A stretch of DNA of 64,000 nucleotides from an uncultured virus (IMG/VR IMGVR_UViG_3300021255_000111) (Duplodnaviria; Heunggongvirae; Uroviricota; Caudoviricetes), in the IMG/VR virus record IMGVR_UViG_3300021255_000111. The stretch is one strand, 5' to 3'. Under the pieces are notes generated by a model that searched no databases, was not told the DNA's origin, and saw only the letters and a program-made list of their open reading frames with translations. The position numbers and the translations under genes were made by a program. Shown here one piece after another: positions 19,107 to 29,133 of the stretch (position 1 is the stretch's first letter; each line of letters begins with the position of its first letter).

Positions 19107-19260
19107 AACATTGGGAAAGTTCAGTTAAGTTAATGGAAAGTTAAATCCGTTCACAATCGGGCTACAGCAGTTCCCAATTTTACCCCCTTTATACTTATCC
19201 GCTCACTGAAAAATATGAGCACCTTGCGAATTTCGCTCAAAACGGACAAAATGTGCAAAA
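19107..19260 (+). repeat. Long intergenic repeat, copy B
   Basis: cagttaagttaa (19122)...ccctttatacttatcc...gaatttcgctcaaaa...aaatgtgcaa. Confidence 0.8.
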
Positions 19261-19268
19261 CGTCAATA

Positions 19269-19370
19269 GTTAAACTTAGTCAATGTGCATGAAACTTTTG
19301 AATCCATCGTTTTGATATTCAGAAACTTTGTTGTAACTTTGCCAGAGCAAACATTTAAAAGTAAAGAGCA
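19269..19370 (+). promoter_or_regulatory. Class I promoter cassette
   Basis: cgTTTTGATATTCAGAAA...TAACTTTGccagagcaaac...aaaagtaaagagca; TTTG-N19-TAACTTTG. Confidence 0.85.
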
Positions 19371-19610
19371 ATGAAATCGGTAAAATGTACAAACTCAGAA
19401 AGCAAGTCTGTTTCGTTCTGCTTGAACGGACATGAGACTAACCAGATTATCGTCAATGCCAAGCAGGACGGAGAGTTCTGGTTTCACATCGGAATGTATA
19501 AGACATTGAAGAATGCCAAGAAGCAGGCCATCCGTCAGATGACGTTATTCGGCTACACTCTCGACCAGAAGGAACTTGACGATGTAACCATAGACAGCCT
19601 GCTATCATAG
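19371..19610 (+). CDS. Small early protein
   Basis: First gene after a class I promoter. Confidence 0.7.
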   Translation: MKSVKCTNSESKSVSFCLNGHETNQIIVNAKQDGEFWFHIGMYKTLKNAKKQAIRQMTLFGYTLDQKELDDVTIDSLLS

Positions 19611-19621
19611 GAGGAACGATT

Positions 19622-20023
19622 ATGGAGACAAAAGAACTTATGATTGGTAACTTGGTTATCTGGGAGGTCACGAAAAAACCTGTTCAGATAACGGCAATAT
19701 CTAAGAACTATGTCTGTGCCAATGATGGCACTTCATCATGGCAGAGAAAAGAGAGTTACAGCCCCATTCCTCTTGAAAATGATTTTCTTGAAAATAACTT
19801 CGATAAGGTGAATGGAAACTATTGTATCAGCGATGAATACTTTGATTTTGAACTTCGTGAGTACAATGACGGGGCGTACCTTGCTACGTACCATTGTTGT
19901 GAAATGAATCTGCCAGACGCACAAGTACCGTCCATCTTCTATCTGCATCAGCTACAGAATGTATTATGTATGTTCGGGATAAAGAAGGATTTTATCTTTG
20001 ATAATGAATTTAAAAACGAATAA
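19622..20023 (+). CDS. Hypothetical phage protein
   Basis: 'ELMIGNLV', 'PIPL', 'YLHQLQN' pattern. Confidence 0.65.
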   Translation: METKELMIGNLVIWEVTKKPVQITAISKNYVCANDGTSSWQRKESYSPIPLENDFLENNFDKVNGNYCISDEYFDFELREYNDGAYLATYHCCEMNLPDAQVPSIFYLHQLQNVLCMFGIKKDFIFDNEFKNE

Positions 20024-20028
20024 CCGTT

Positions 20029-20397
20029 ATGATTAAGCCTCGATATATCTACCTATTGAGTGATTGTGGCCACTATGAGATAAAAGCACGTCTTGTATCA
20101 CAGCAGAACGGCTATTCGAATGACTACTACGGCACGAAGAAAATATACTCTGGTGCCTGTTGGAGTGTGGAAATGCTGAAAGACCATCAGCGAGTATCAG
20201 ACATCAAAGGCTACCACTATGGACGTTATGGCCAACTCGCTCTCTGTCAAGGAGGCGTGAAGCTGAACAAGAACACCATCCTCTTTGGTGCTGTACTGAC
20301 AGGATTGTTCACCAGAGCCTTGAAAGAGGTTGACGGTGAGAAGATACGTAAGCAATGGCATAAGGAATATGCCGAAGCCAGAAAGCAGTTTGGATAG
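20029..20397 (+). CDS. Hypothetical protein
   Basis: Operon packing. Confidence 0.6.
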   Translation: MIKPRYIYLLSDCGHYEIKARLVSQQNGYSNDYYGTKKIYSGACWSVEMLKDHQRVSDIKGYHYGRYGQLALCQGGVKLNKNTILFGAVLTGLFTRALKEVDGEKIRKQWHKEYAEARKQFG

Positions 20398-20449
20398 TTA
20401 TAGGATTCGCAGGAGTAACCGCCCTGCACGTTTAAACCAATATAGAGCA

Positions 20450-21058
20450 ATGAAAGAGTTAAAGTTAGATGTGCCACAGGAAAAGGCACAGGAGTTCGCA
20501 AAAGAAATGATTGCACTCGCAGAGAAGTATGATGTTAAGGTTAAAGGTATTGACACCTTGCTACCCATCACAGAGAGAGTAAAGACCTATGAGGATGCCT
20601 GTCATGTACTCGGCTTCGAGCCTGTAGATTTCTACAAGTTACGTTATTCGTCACCCATTGATGGTAGTCGATGCTTCTTGGAAAAAGATGAGGTAGCCTA
20701 CATCAAGTTAAAGACTATCGCTGCCGCCCTCAACGAAGGATGGGAGCCTCAGTTTACTACTGATGAATACCGTTGGTACCCTTGGTTTACTCTCTGGACG
20801 GAAGAGGAACTGAAAGGCAAGTCAGAGCAATGGAAGAAAGACCATGCGCTGTGGCTCTTTGGCGGTGACTCGGACACCGGTGCGGCGTGCGGTCTCGCTT
20901 GTGCGAACTCGTACTCCGCTTGGTCGGGCTCGAACTCGGCCTTCTCGGCTCGCCTTGCTGTCAAGTCTGAGGAACTGGCCGTTTACTTCGGTAAGCAGTT
21001 TATTTCCATCTGGGCTGACTATGTAGGTCCGTTTAACCGAAAGGAGGCTGAGAAATGA
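20450..21058 (+). CDS. Putative DGR target protein with CLec-like variable region
   Basis: Start at TAGAGCA-ATG; C-terminal 'GGDSDTGAACGLACANSYSAWSGSNSAFSARL' encoded by A-poor VR-like DNA. Confidence 0.7.
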   Translation: MKELKLDVPQEKAQEFAKEMIALAEKYDVKVKGIDTLLPITERVKTYEDACHVLGFEPVDFYKLRYSSPIDGSRCFLEKDEVAYIKLKTIAAALNEGWEPQFTTDEYRWYPWFTLWTEEELKGKSEQWKKDHALWLFGGDSDTGAACGLACANSYSAWSGSNSAFSARLAVKSEELAVYFGKQFISIWADYVGPFNRKEAEK

Positions 21059-21660
21059 AGATGATGTTCAATGAGAAGTACGGTCTGCAAAAGGCCGTAC
21101 TCTCTCGCACTAAGACCAAGACAAGACGTAACGGCAATAAGGTGGCCAAGAAGTATGCCGCTTATTGTGTTGCCAATGAAATGAAAGGGAACGAAGATTA
21201 CCTTTCCCTTGAAGAGTATGCCATCAGCAAAAGCCCATTCAAGGTTGGCGATGTTGTTGCCATCCAACAGAGTTACAAGGAACTGTTGGATGAAGAGTAT
21301 ATGCCAACGAGTATCGAGAATGAGGTTATCAGAATGGTCGAGCAGAATCATATCGGATGCACAAACAAGATGTATGTTAAGGCCGAGTTGATGCCTCACC
21401 ATGTCCGCATAACGGAGATAAGGTTTGAGCAGCTGAAATGTATATCTGACGAAGAGTGCCTGGAGGAAGGTATCTACAGGAGAGACGATGTAATAGATTG
21501 CAATATGAATCCCGTTGTCCGATACCAGTACTACGGAACTCCAGAAATGTTTGCCACTCCCAGAGACGCTTTCGCATCGCTCATTGACAAGATAAGCGGG
21601 AGAGGTACTTGGGAGAAAAACGAATATGTTTACGTATATGGAATTGAAAGGATAGATTAG
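21055..21660 (+). CDS. ASCH/PUA-like protein
   Basis: 'AVLSRTKTKTRR', 'RITEIRFEQLKCISDEECLEEG', 'WEKNEYVYVY'. Confidence 0.65.
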   Translation: MKMMFNEKYGLQKAVLSRTKTKTRRNGNKVAKKYAAYCVANEMKGNEDYLSLEEYAISKSPFKVGDVVAIQQSYKELLDEEYMPTSIENEVIRMVEQNHIGCTNKMYVKAELMPHHVRITEIRFEQLKCISDEECLEEGIYRRDDVIDCNMNPVVRYQYYGTPEMFATPRDAFASLIDKISGRGTWEKNEYVYVYGIERID

Positions 21661-21688
21661 TTATGAAGTTGAACGAACTTAATTTGTT

Positions 21689-22231
21689 GTGATTATGGAA
21701 AAGAAAGAAGCAATGAAAATATTAAAAGACTTTCACGATAAGTCAGCACTATTCTCAGTAAGAACAGCCTTAGATACTGTTATTCCAGAACTCAATGAGA
21801 GTGAGGATGAAGCGCATATTGATAGCCTACTAAAAAGACTTGAAGGAATATGTAAGCCAGGCGCAGCGTTTATATCCACAAGATTTGCGATTAGCGAAGA
21901 TGCTGATTGGCTCAAATCTCTCAAAGGCAGAGTACAACCAAAACAAGGATGGAGTGAAGATGATGAGAAGGAAAGAAAACGAGTTGTTGGTCTTCTTGAA
22001 GGATGGATGTCCACATTCAAAGAAACGTGTTATGCGGAAGATTGTAAACGTGGTATTGAATGGCTCAATTCCCTCATACCTCAACCTAAACAAGAGTGGA
22101 GTAAAGAGGATAGAAAGATAATAATAGAACTTATCGGTATATTTGAATCAGCTGTTGATGGTGGAAATGTAACATTTCCGTATAGATTAGTGAAAGATTA
22201 CATAAGGGTGTTAAAGTCATTAAAAGGTTAA
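21689..22231 (+). CDS. Hypothetical protein with internal QPKQxWSxxD repeats
   Basis: Two repeats; AT-richer than neighbours. Confidence 0.6.
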   Translation: MIMEKKEAMKILKDFHDKSALFSVRTALDTVIPELNESEDEAHIDSLLKRLEGICKPGAAFISTRFAISEDADWLKSLKGRVQPKQGWSEDDEKERKRVVGLLEGWMSTFKETCYAEDCKRGIEWLNSLIPQPKQEWSKEDRKIIIELIGIFESAVDGGNVTFPYRLVKDYIRVLKSLKG

Positions 22232-22233
22232 TT

Positions 22234-22695
22234 ATGAAGAGCAGTACAATAGTTGACGGTATAAAAGTACCTACAGAAGTAGAAGAGTTTTCTGACATCA
22301 GCACCATAGAAGTTGAGGTTGGAACAACAGGTTACAAGGGTGGAGATACAGGACAGGGATGCCGCACGTATTTCCGCATCAAGGATTTGTGTGATACTGA
22401 TATGCGTTGTGACTTTGAGCCTATAGGCACTGGCAACCATGTTGGAGAGGTCGCGATCAGTTTTGGTGGTGATTCAGAATTGAACACCTTCATGGATGGA
22501 CTGAGATTTGCGGCTGACAGTCTCGAAGGACAGGTCAATGGAAAGATGTCTGTGGAACCACGCTTTACCCATGAGGAAACGGCATTGATGCTTCAGATTA
22601 TCCAGTCACAAATCAGTGTGCCATTCCCTAATGAAATACGTAATGGCATTTTGAAGCGAATCAAGAGTAAACTCGAAAAACGTTACGAGGAATGA
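22234..22695 (+). CDS. Hypothetical phage protein
   Basis: 'VEVGTTGYKGGDTGQG' motif; operon packing. Confidence 0.6.
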   Translation: MKSSTIVDGIKVPTEVEEFSDISTIEVEVGTTGYKGGDTGQGCRTYFRIKDLCDTDMRCDFEPIGTGNHVGEVAISFGGDSELNTFMDGLRFAADSLEGQVNGKMSVEPRFTHEETALMLQIIQSQISVPFPNEIRNGILKRIKSKLEKRYEE

Positions 22696-23114
22696 AGAAA
22701 ATGAATTGTTACCTGTGCGAGTATGTTTTCCATCCTGCAGACACCCCAATTAAGGAATGTAAGACGGATGATTTGTCTTGTGGCCATCCCAGATATGATG
22801 GTGCAGCACCTATCAGTGCAGTCACAAGATGTCCCAAAGTAAAACGATAATGACTATGGATAAGGAAGCAAAGCGCATCTATAACCGCAAGTATTACGAA
22901 GGCCACAAAGGGCAAATCAAGGCCGCTCGCAGGCTTTTGTCCTCCACCCCTACACCTGCAAGCATCGAGGCCCATCGTGAAGCCTCACGGAATTACTACA
23001 GACGCATGAAAGAGAAGGAAACTCCAGAGGAACGAGAGGCCAGACTTGCGAAACGCAGAGAGAAGTATAAGAAGGGTAAATCGTTACGCAATGTTAAGCC
23101 TCCAGAAGAGCCAT

Positions 23115-23216
23115 GTTAATCTTCTGTAATGTACTGAAAATCAATAGATATTTCGTTTTGATATTCAGAAATCTTTGACTAACTTTGCCAGAGCAAACCC
23201 CTAAAAGTAAAGAGCA
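23115..23216 (+). promoter_or_regulatory. Class I promoter cassette
   Basis: TTTG 23157, TAACTTTG 23180, ccagagcaaac...aaaagtaaagagca. Confidence 0.85.
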
Positions 23217-23600
23217 ATGAAACGAGCAGAAGAAATTCAGATTTTACAGTCCCTCAAAGGTGATACCTATTTTGCGGACTTCTTCGGAGAGCACGACATC
23301 GACCAGATGTGTGAGAACATCAAGAATGACTTCGGTCTGGAGTTAGGTTGTAACTTCTACCAGAAGGCTGAAATCTACCAGAAGCAGGTCAAGGACACCG
23401 AGAAGAAGGCCAAGGAGCAGAAGGAGAATTTCGTCCGTGGTCTGATAGATGACTTTGACGGTCATATCCCATCCGAGATTTACGACAGACTGGAAGATGC
23501 AGTTGGAAAGCTGTTCATCATCAACTGGAAGCGTCAGCAGGAATATCCGCTCACAGAAGCAGAGATAGACTGGCTGGTCACTGTAGCGAACAAGAAGTAA
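23217..23600 (+). CDS. Hypothetical early protein
   Basis: AAGAGCA-ATG start after a class I promoter. Confidence 0.7.
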   Translation: MKRAEEIQILQSLKGDTYFADFFGEHDIDQMCENIKNDFGLELGCNFYQKAEIYQKQVKDTEKKAKEQKENFVRGLIDDFDGHIPSEIYDRLEDAVGKLFIINWKRQQEYPLTEAEIDWLVTVANKK

Positions 23601-23645
23601 AGGTAACGGCATGGCTAACCACCCTGCCATCTAAAAGATAGAGCA

Positions 23646-23900
23646 ATGGAAATCGTAGAAAAGAACGTTAAGGATGGTGCACGTGAATACAAGTTTGATA
23701 ACGGTGCATGGGTAAAACTCGACATTGATGGCGAGTATGGTTCTTGGGAGTACCAAGAAGATGAGGATGATGAGGAAACCTACATGGAAGGTGGAATCTG
23801 GTTTGACGGCAAGCAGATTGAGGACTACGATGGCTGTTTTGAACTGCCAGAGGAAGTTGTTGCTGCACTGAATGAACTCGGTTACTCACTTGATGAATGA
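23646..23900 (+). CDS. Very acidic small protein (possible DNA mimic)
   Basis: 84 aa, strongly D/E-rich; AGAGCA-ATG start. Confidence 0.6.
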   Translation: MEIVEKNVKDGAREYKFDNGAWVKLDIDGEYGSWEYQEDEDDEETYMEGGIWFDGKQIEDYDGCFELPEEVVAALNELGYSLDE

Positions 23901-23903
23901 CCT

Positions 23904-24197
23904 ATGGCAATGACCTACGACTACTCGACACGTAAGATAACACGTGATTGGCACATCAGACGGCACGATGAAAAGTGTCGTCTGAGCGGTTTGCCTGCTT
24001 ATGTTGGTGGTGACAGATGTCATAAGTGTCCGTATAACAAAGGCACGGAATTTAACTGGCAGTCAAGAGAACTTGAAGATACGTTCTTCACCCTTTGCTC
24101 GCATCCAGAGGCAAAGGATTCTGAAAATACAGGAAATGTACTCTGGCGCATCTATGACAGGTTTGAAAGTGAAGCACTTGCACACATGTACGACTAA
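23904..24197 (+). CDS. Cys-containing hypothetical protein
   Basis: Operon packing. Confidence 0.6.
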   Translation: MAMTYDYSTRKITRDWHIRRHDEKCRLSGLPAYVGGDRCHKCPYNKGTEFNWQSRELEDTFFTLCSHPEAKDSENTGNVLWRIYDRFESEALAHMYD

Positions 24198-24209
24198 AGG
24201 AACAGAGCA

Positions 24210-24494
24210 ATGAACACAGAAGAAACGAAGCAATCAGCATACCAGAGAATCAAGGAGCAACTTGACAAGTTGTTTGTTCCTGGTTCCATCCCCAATGTCA
24301 AAGCCTTCAAGAAGATTATCTCTGACCTCAGAAAGCGTATCAAGTTACTTGAAGCAGGAACTCCCTTCTTTGCCTCCGGCATGGAAGATGTCTCAAAGGC
24401 TCAGTCGGCAATCGCCAGACTGAGTGGTGAATTACAGGCATATCAAGAACGGTATGCCTTGATACAGGAACGTTTAAAATCGAATGCAGTATGA
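24210..24494 (+). CDS. Hypothetical protein
   Basis: AGAGCA-ATG start. Confidence 0.65.
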   Translation: MNTEETKQSAYQRIKEQLDKLFVPGSIPNVKAFKKIISDLRKRIKLLEAGTPFFASGMEDVSKAQSAIARLSGELQAYQERYALIQERLKSNAV

Positions 24495-24701
24495 AGAAGC
24501 CGAAAGTAGAAGTAATCTTTGACCCAGAGCAGTTCAAGGGCCTCACAGCCAAAGATGTTGTGAGATTTATCCAAAAGCACGAACGGACAGCCATCGTAGG
24601 TTGGAAATTTGGTAAAGACCGCCACATCGTCCGTTATGAGACATTGAATGATTTGAGATATTACAAGGAGCACAACCCTTATTCAGAAAAGTAGTGTATG
24701 T

Positions 24702-26414
24702 ATGGAAGACATTAGACTGTTATACATTGACCTGTTCTGTGGCGCAGGCGGCACGTCAACAGGTGTCGAGAAAGCCACCATCCATGGTGAGAAATGTGCC
24801 AAGGTGATAGCGTGTGTGAATCACGATCCCAATGCGATAGCCTCACACGCTGCCAACCATCCAGAGGCAGTACACTTTACGGAGGATATAAGGACGTTAG
24901 AGTTATCACCCTTACTCCTGCACCTTCAGAAGAAAAAAGCCGAATATCCGAACGCATACGTAGTCCTATGGGCCTCGCTTGAATGCACCAACTTCAGCAA
25001 AGCCAAAGGTGGTATGCCAAGAGACGCAGACAGCCGTACTCTGGCTGAACATCTGTTCCGTTACATCGAAGCCATTGACCCAGACTATATCCAGATAGAG
25101 AATGTCGAGGAATTTATGTCTTGGGGTGATATGGATGAGCACGGCCATCCTATCAGCAAGGACAAAGGCCGTCTGTATATGCGTTGGATTTACAATGTTC
25201 AGAAGTATGGCTATGACTATGCGTATCGGATTCTCAATGCTGCTGACTACGGAGCCTACACCAGTCGTAAGCGTTTCTTCGGCCAGTTCGCCAAGAAGCA
25301 CCTTCCTATCGCTTTCCCAGAGGCCACACACTCGAAGGAAGGAGATAGCGGGCTGTTTGGTTCTTATCAGAAATGGAAGCCTGTCAAGGACGTTCTGGAC
25401 CTCAAGGATGAGGGAGAATCCATCTTCGGAAGAAAGAAACCTCTGGTAGAGAAAACGCTTGAACGCATCTATGCAGGATTGGTCAAGTTTGTCGCAGGAG
25501 GCAGGGAAGCATATGATGCGTACATGATAAAGTACAACTCTATGAGCCAGAGAGGAGCCTATCAGCCGCCAAGTATTGATGAGCCTTGTCCTACTGTTGC
25601 CACCCAGAACCGCCTTTGTGTAGTCAAGGTATCGTACCTCTCCAAGCAGTTCTCTGGAGAGCCAGAAAGTAAGAATATAAGCGTTGATGGCCCTGCAGGA
25701 GCGATAACGACTATCGATCATCACGCACTTGTTAGTGCAGAGTTCCTGTCAGCGTACTATGGCAATGGATATGAAACGCCAGTTGATAAGCCTTGCCACA
25801 CTATCCCGACAAAAGACCGTTTCCAGAAAGTGAAGCCATGTTTCCTGGATATGCAGTATGGCAATGGCACTCCGTCATCAGTAGAACGCCCTGCACCAAC
25901 CGCAACCACCAACCCGAAGTATCAGTTAGTGACAGCTGACCACTGGTTGATGGATACGTCCTTCAATAACTTTGGCAGTTCCATCGAAGAGCCATCAAGA
26001 GTTATCACAGCAAACAGGAAATGGCACTACCTTATGAATCCTCAGTTTGCCAGTAAGGGTGGCTCTGTTGATTCCCCTTGCTTTACTTTGATTGCGAGGA
26101 TGGATAAGATGCCTCCGTATCTCATTAGTACGGAAGAAGGTGTAGGTATCGAGGTCTATGAAAGCGACAGTCCAATGACTGTCAAGATTAAGGAGTTCAT
26201 GGCAGCGTATGGCATCTATGACATCAAAATGCGGATGCTGAAAATCTCTGAATTGAAGCGTATCATGGGTTTCCCTGTTGATTACGTACTGAAGGGCAGT
26301 CAGGCAGAGCAGAAGAAGTTTATAGGCAATGCAGTAGAGGTTGGAATGGCCAGAGTGTTATGCGAAGCCCTCTGCTATCGCCTTGAAGATATTGAAAAGA
26401 GAAAGGCAGTATAA
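24702..26414 (+). CDS. DNA (cytosine-5) methyltransferase with repeated TRD-like modules
   Basis: Motif I 'DLFCGAGG', motif IV 'SLECTNFS', motif VI 'ENVEEF', 'RKRFF', motif X 'IGNAV'. Confidence 0.9.
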   Translation: MEDIRLLYIDLFCGAGGTSTGVEKATIHGEKCAKVIACVNHDPNAIASHAANHPEAVHFTEDIRTLELSPLLLHLQKKKAEYPNAYVVLWASLECTNFSKAKGGMPRDADSRTLAEHLFRYIEAIDPDYIQIENVEEFMSWGDMDEHGHPISKDKGRLYMRWIYNVQKYGYDYAYRILNAADYGAYTSRKRFFGQFAKKHLPIAFPEATHSKEGDSGLFGSYQKWKPVKDVLDLKDEGESIFGRKKPLVEKTLERIYAGLVKFVAGGREAYDAYMIKYNSMSQRGAYQPPSIDEPCPTVATQNRLCVVKVSYLSKQFSGEPESKNISVDGPAGAITTIDHHALVSAEFLSAYYGNGYETPVDKPCHTIPTKDRFQKVKPCFLDMQYGNGTPSSVERPAPTATTNPKYQLVTADHWLMDTSFNNFGSSIEEPSRVITANRKWHYLMNPQFASKGGSVDSPCFTLIARMDKMPPYLISTEEGVGIEVYESDSPMTVKIKEFMAAYGIYDIKMRMLKISELKRIMGFPVDYVLKGSQAEQKKFIGNAVEVGMARVLCEALCYRLEDIEKRKAV

Positions 26415-26912
26415 AGCAAAGAGGTATGGAAAATTCAAAGCTGATTATAAAATGTCCTAAATGCCGTACAAATAAGGAGATTATCGCGTCAGAAACAATA
26501 GAAGCGACAACAGACTTTACTTTTGTAAATGGCGTTTTGACTTGCACTAATAATGAATATGGTTGCGGTGTAAGCATGAGTTTTACATGTAAGAACTGCG
26601 GGCATCGTTGGTATGGGAGAAAAGGAATAACAATAGATTGCTATACAGATTAAGTATATTGAAGTATGATTACCTACGTTCCAACAGTTCACCACAAATC
26701 CCATCCTAAAGTGATGGTTTGCCCCTTCGGTGAGAGAGACCTCCAGAATGATGAGTGTTATTCTGGTAGCGGTCATAACAAATGCCCTTACTTCGTCCGT
26801 TACGAATGGTGTAATGAGCATGACGGTTGCGTTTCCTGCACTCATCCGCCCAAGCCAAAGTATATCGAATTGGACCTATTTGGGTAGCGAAACTCTCAAA
26901 AATATTTAAAAG

Positions 26913-26945
26913 TATTTGTTATTCAAAGGAAATTAACTATCTTTG
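26913..26945 (+). promoter_or_regulatory. Class II promoter of the modification cluster
   Basis: TATTTGTTATTCAAA; TTTG-N19-TATCTTTG. Confidence 0.8.
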
Positions 26946-26963
26946 CAGCAAAGTTACAGAACT

Positions 26964-28067
26964 ATGAAGTATGACTATCTTATAGTAGGAGCCGGTCTAT
27001 TCGGTTGCACCTTCGCTCGTTTGGCCACGGACGCAGGTAGAAAATGTATGGTAATTGACAGACGGCCACAATTCGGAGGTAATACGTATTGTGAAGAGAT
27101 TGAGGGAATCACCGTCCACAAGTACGGCCCTCATATCTTTCATACCTCGAATGAGGACGTTTACAGATTTGTCACCTCTTTGGTCAAGGTTGAGCCGTTC
27201 ACGAACAGACCCATTGCTCGCTTTGGTGGCAAGTTGTACAACCTGCCGTTCAACATGAACACGTTCAATCAGATGTGGGGTGTCACTACACCTGCCGAGG
27301 CAATGAACAAGATTAAGCGTCAGAGTTGGTTTGTAGGTGACATCGAGAATCTGAGAGACAAGGCAATCTCGCTTGTAGGAAAGGACATCTACAAGAAATT
27401 GATTAAGGGCTACACCGAAAAGCAGTGGGGAAAGAAATGCGTTGAACTCCCTGCGTCCATCATCACTCGCCTGCCAGTCAGATTCACGTTCGACAACCGT
27501 TATTTTAACGACCGCTACGAGTTTATCCCTGTCGGGGGCTACAATACCCTAACCGATGCACTTTTGAGAGACATAGCGGCAGTTCCTTGTGTTGACTTCT
27601 TCGATGCTAAGAAAGACGTGTTCGAAATGGCAGAGAAGGTGGTGTTCACAGGAAGGATAGACCAGTTCTACGACTACAGGTTTGGTGAACTCGAATATCG
27701 TTCCCTCCTGTTCAAAAGTAAGGTGTTCGACACAGACAACTTCCAAGGAAATGCAGTCATCAATGATACGAGTAAGAATGTCAAGTACACCAGAATTATT
27801 GAGCACCGCCATTTCCAACATCCGAAGAGGAATATCAATAAGACGGTTGTTACTTACGAATATCCTGCATCAGTCGAAGAGACAGGTGAACCGTACTACC
27901 CGATTAACGATGAAAGGAATACAGCCATCTATCAGCAATACAAGGCACTGGCCGATAAGGAAGAGAAAGTGTTGTTTGGTGGCAGACTGGCAGAGTACAG
28001 ATATTATGATATGGACGATGTAATAGAATCAGCGATGAAGTTATGGAAATCAGAATTGAACCGATAG
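26964..28067 (+). CDS. glf: UDP-galactopyranose mutase
   Basis: 'YDYLIVGAGLFG', 'HKYGPHIFHT', 'GYTEKQWG', 'EPYYP', 'GRLAEYRYYDMD'. Confidence 0.93.
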   Translation: MKYDYLIVGAGLFGCTFARLATDAGRKCMVIDRRPQFGGNTYCEEIEGITVHKYGPHIFHTSNEDVYRFVTSLVKVEPFTNRPIARFGGKLYNLPFNMNTFNQMWGVTTPAEAMNKIKRQSWFVGDIENLRDKAISLVGKDIYKKLIKGYTEKQWGKKCVELPASIITRLPVRFTFDNRYFNDRYEFIPVGGYNTLTDALLRDIAAVPCVDFFDAKKDVFEMAEKVVFTGRIDQFYDYRFGELEYRSLLFKSKVFDTDNFQGNAVINDTSKNVKYTRIIEHRHFQHPKRNINKTVVTYEYPASVEETGEPYYPINDERNTAIYQQYKALADKEEKVLFGGRLAEYRYYDMDDVIESAMKLWKSELNR

Positions 28068-28546
28068 ACAGGAAACATGCGAAAGATACCTGGCAGTATA
28101 GGAATGACCCAGACATCTGGAAGTTCACGTCATGCGATACTCCTTTGCCTGCAACTCTGAACACAGAAGAGCAGTGCTATATCTTTCGTGGGCAGGACCC
28201 AAAGAACAGAATGTATGCCATCATGGTAGATGACGTGGCCGTAGGAGCGGTAACATTGAAGCAGATTGGCTTCGGGACAGCCGCCATCGGATATTACATA
28301 CTGATGAAAGATTTGTGGGGAAACGGCATCTGCAAGGAAGCTGTTCGACAGGTCATGGAGATTGGCTTTGACGAGTTGGATCTTGATTTGCTGTACCTCT
28401 GGGTACACTCTGATAATGTCGCATCGTTCAAGGTCGCTCGCTCCCTTGGATTTTATAGTGTGGCCATGTCTTTTACGAACATGAATGTGCATAGACTTGA
28501 AATGACAAAGACTGTATGGAAAAGCAAGAAAAACGAATTGAAGTAG
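28043..28546 (+). CDS. GNAT (RimJ/RimL-like) acetyltransferase
   Basis: 'IGYYI...LWGNGI', 'DNVASFKVARSLGF'. Confidence 0.85.
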   Translation: MEIRIEPIDRKHAKDTWQYRNDPDIWKFTSCDTPLPATLNTEEQCYIFRGQDPKNRMYAIMVDDVAVGAVTLKQIGFGTAAIGYYILMKDLWGNGICKEAVRQVMEIGFDELDLDLLYLWVHSDNVASFKVARSLGFYSVAMSFTNMNVHRLEMTKTVWKSKKNELK

Positions 28547-29133
28547 TAGAACTCAAAGTAAGCGAACTGAACTATGAGTTTGAAAACCCACGTAAGCCTC
28601 TCACTCCAAAGCGCAAGCAGGCCTTGGAGGAATCACTGGAGAAGTTAGGCGATTTTGGTGTCATCGTCATTGATGAGAAGAATAGTATTCTCTCTGGCAA
28701 CCAGAGAGTTAAGATACTCCTTTCTCTCGACCCGAACAGGAAGGTGCTCTGTAAGCGTCTCATTGGCTATACCGATGGCGAGAAGAAAGCCGTCAACATC
28801 AAAGCCAACACCCATGCAGGTGAATGGGATATGAAGAAACTTGCCGAATGGACTGGAAGCCTCCATATCGACCTCTCGACAGACTTGACCGTACTGAATA
28901 CCAAGGAACCAAAGATTAAGGACATGGAACTGATTCGGTACGAGAAGTATGACTACGTGATGATTGTCTGCCGGAACGAGGTTGACTATAACAACCTCAT
29001 CCGTGCTCTCGGTATAGAGGATAAGAAAGTGCTCATCGCTCATACCAGAGACAAGGACAGAAAGATTAAGGCACGTGCCATCTGGTATGATGACATGAAA
29101 GCCCAGATTGTACCTAAAAAGAAGAAAGGATGA
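28516..29133 (+). CDS. ParB/Srx-like domain protein
   Basis: 'ENPRK...LEESLEKLG...IVIDEKNSILSGNQR'. Confidence 0.75.
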   Translation: MEKQEKRIEVVELKVSELNYEFENPRKPLTPKRKQALEESLEKLGDFGVIVIDEKNSILSGNQRVKILLSLDPNRKVLCKRLIGYTDGEKKAVNIKANTHAGEWDMKKLAEWTGSLHIDLSTDLTVLNTKEPKIKDMELIRYEKYDYVMIVCRNEVDYNNLIRALGIEDKKVLIAHTRDKDRKIKARAIWYDDMKAQIVPKKKKG

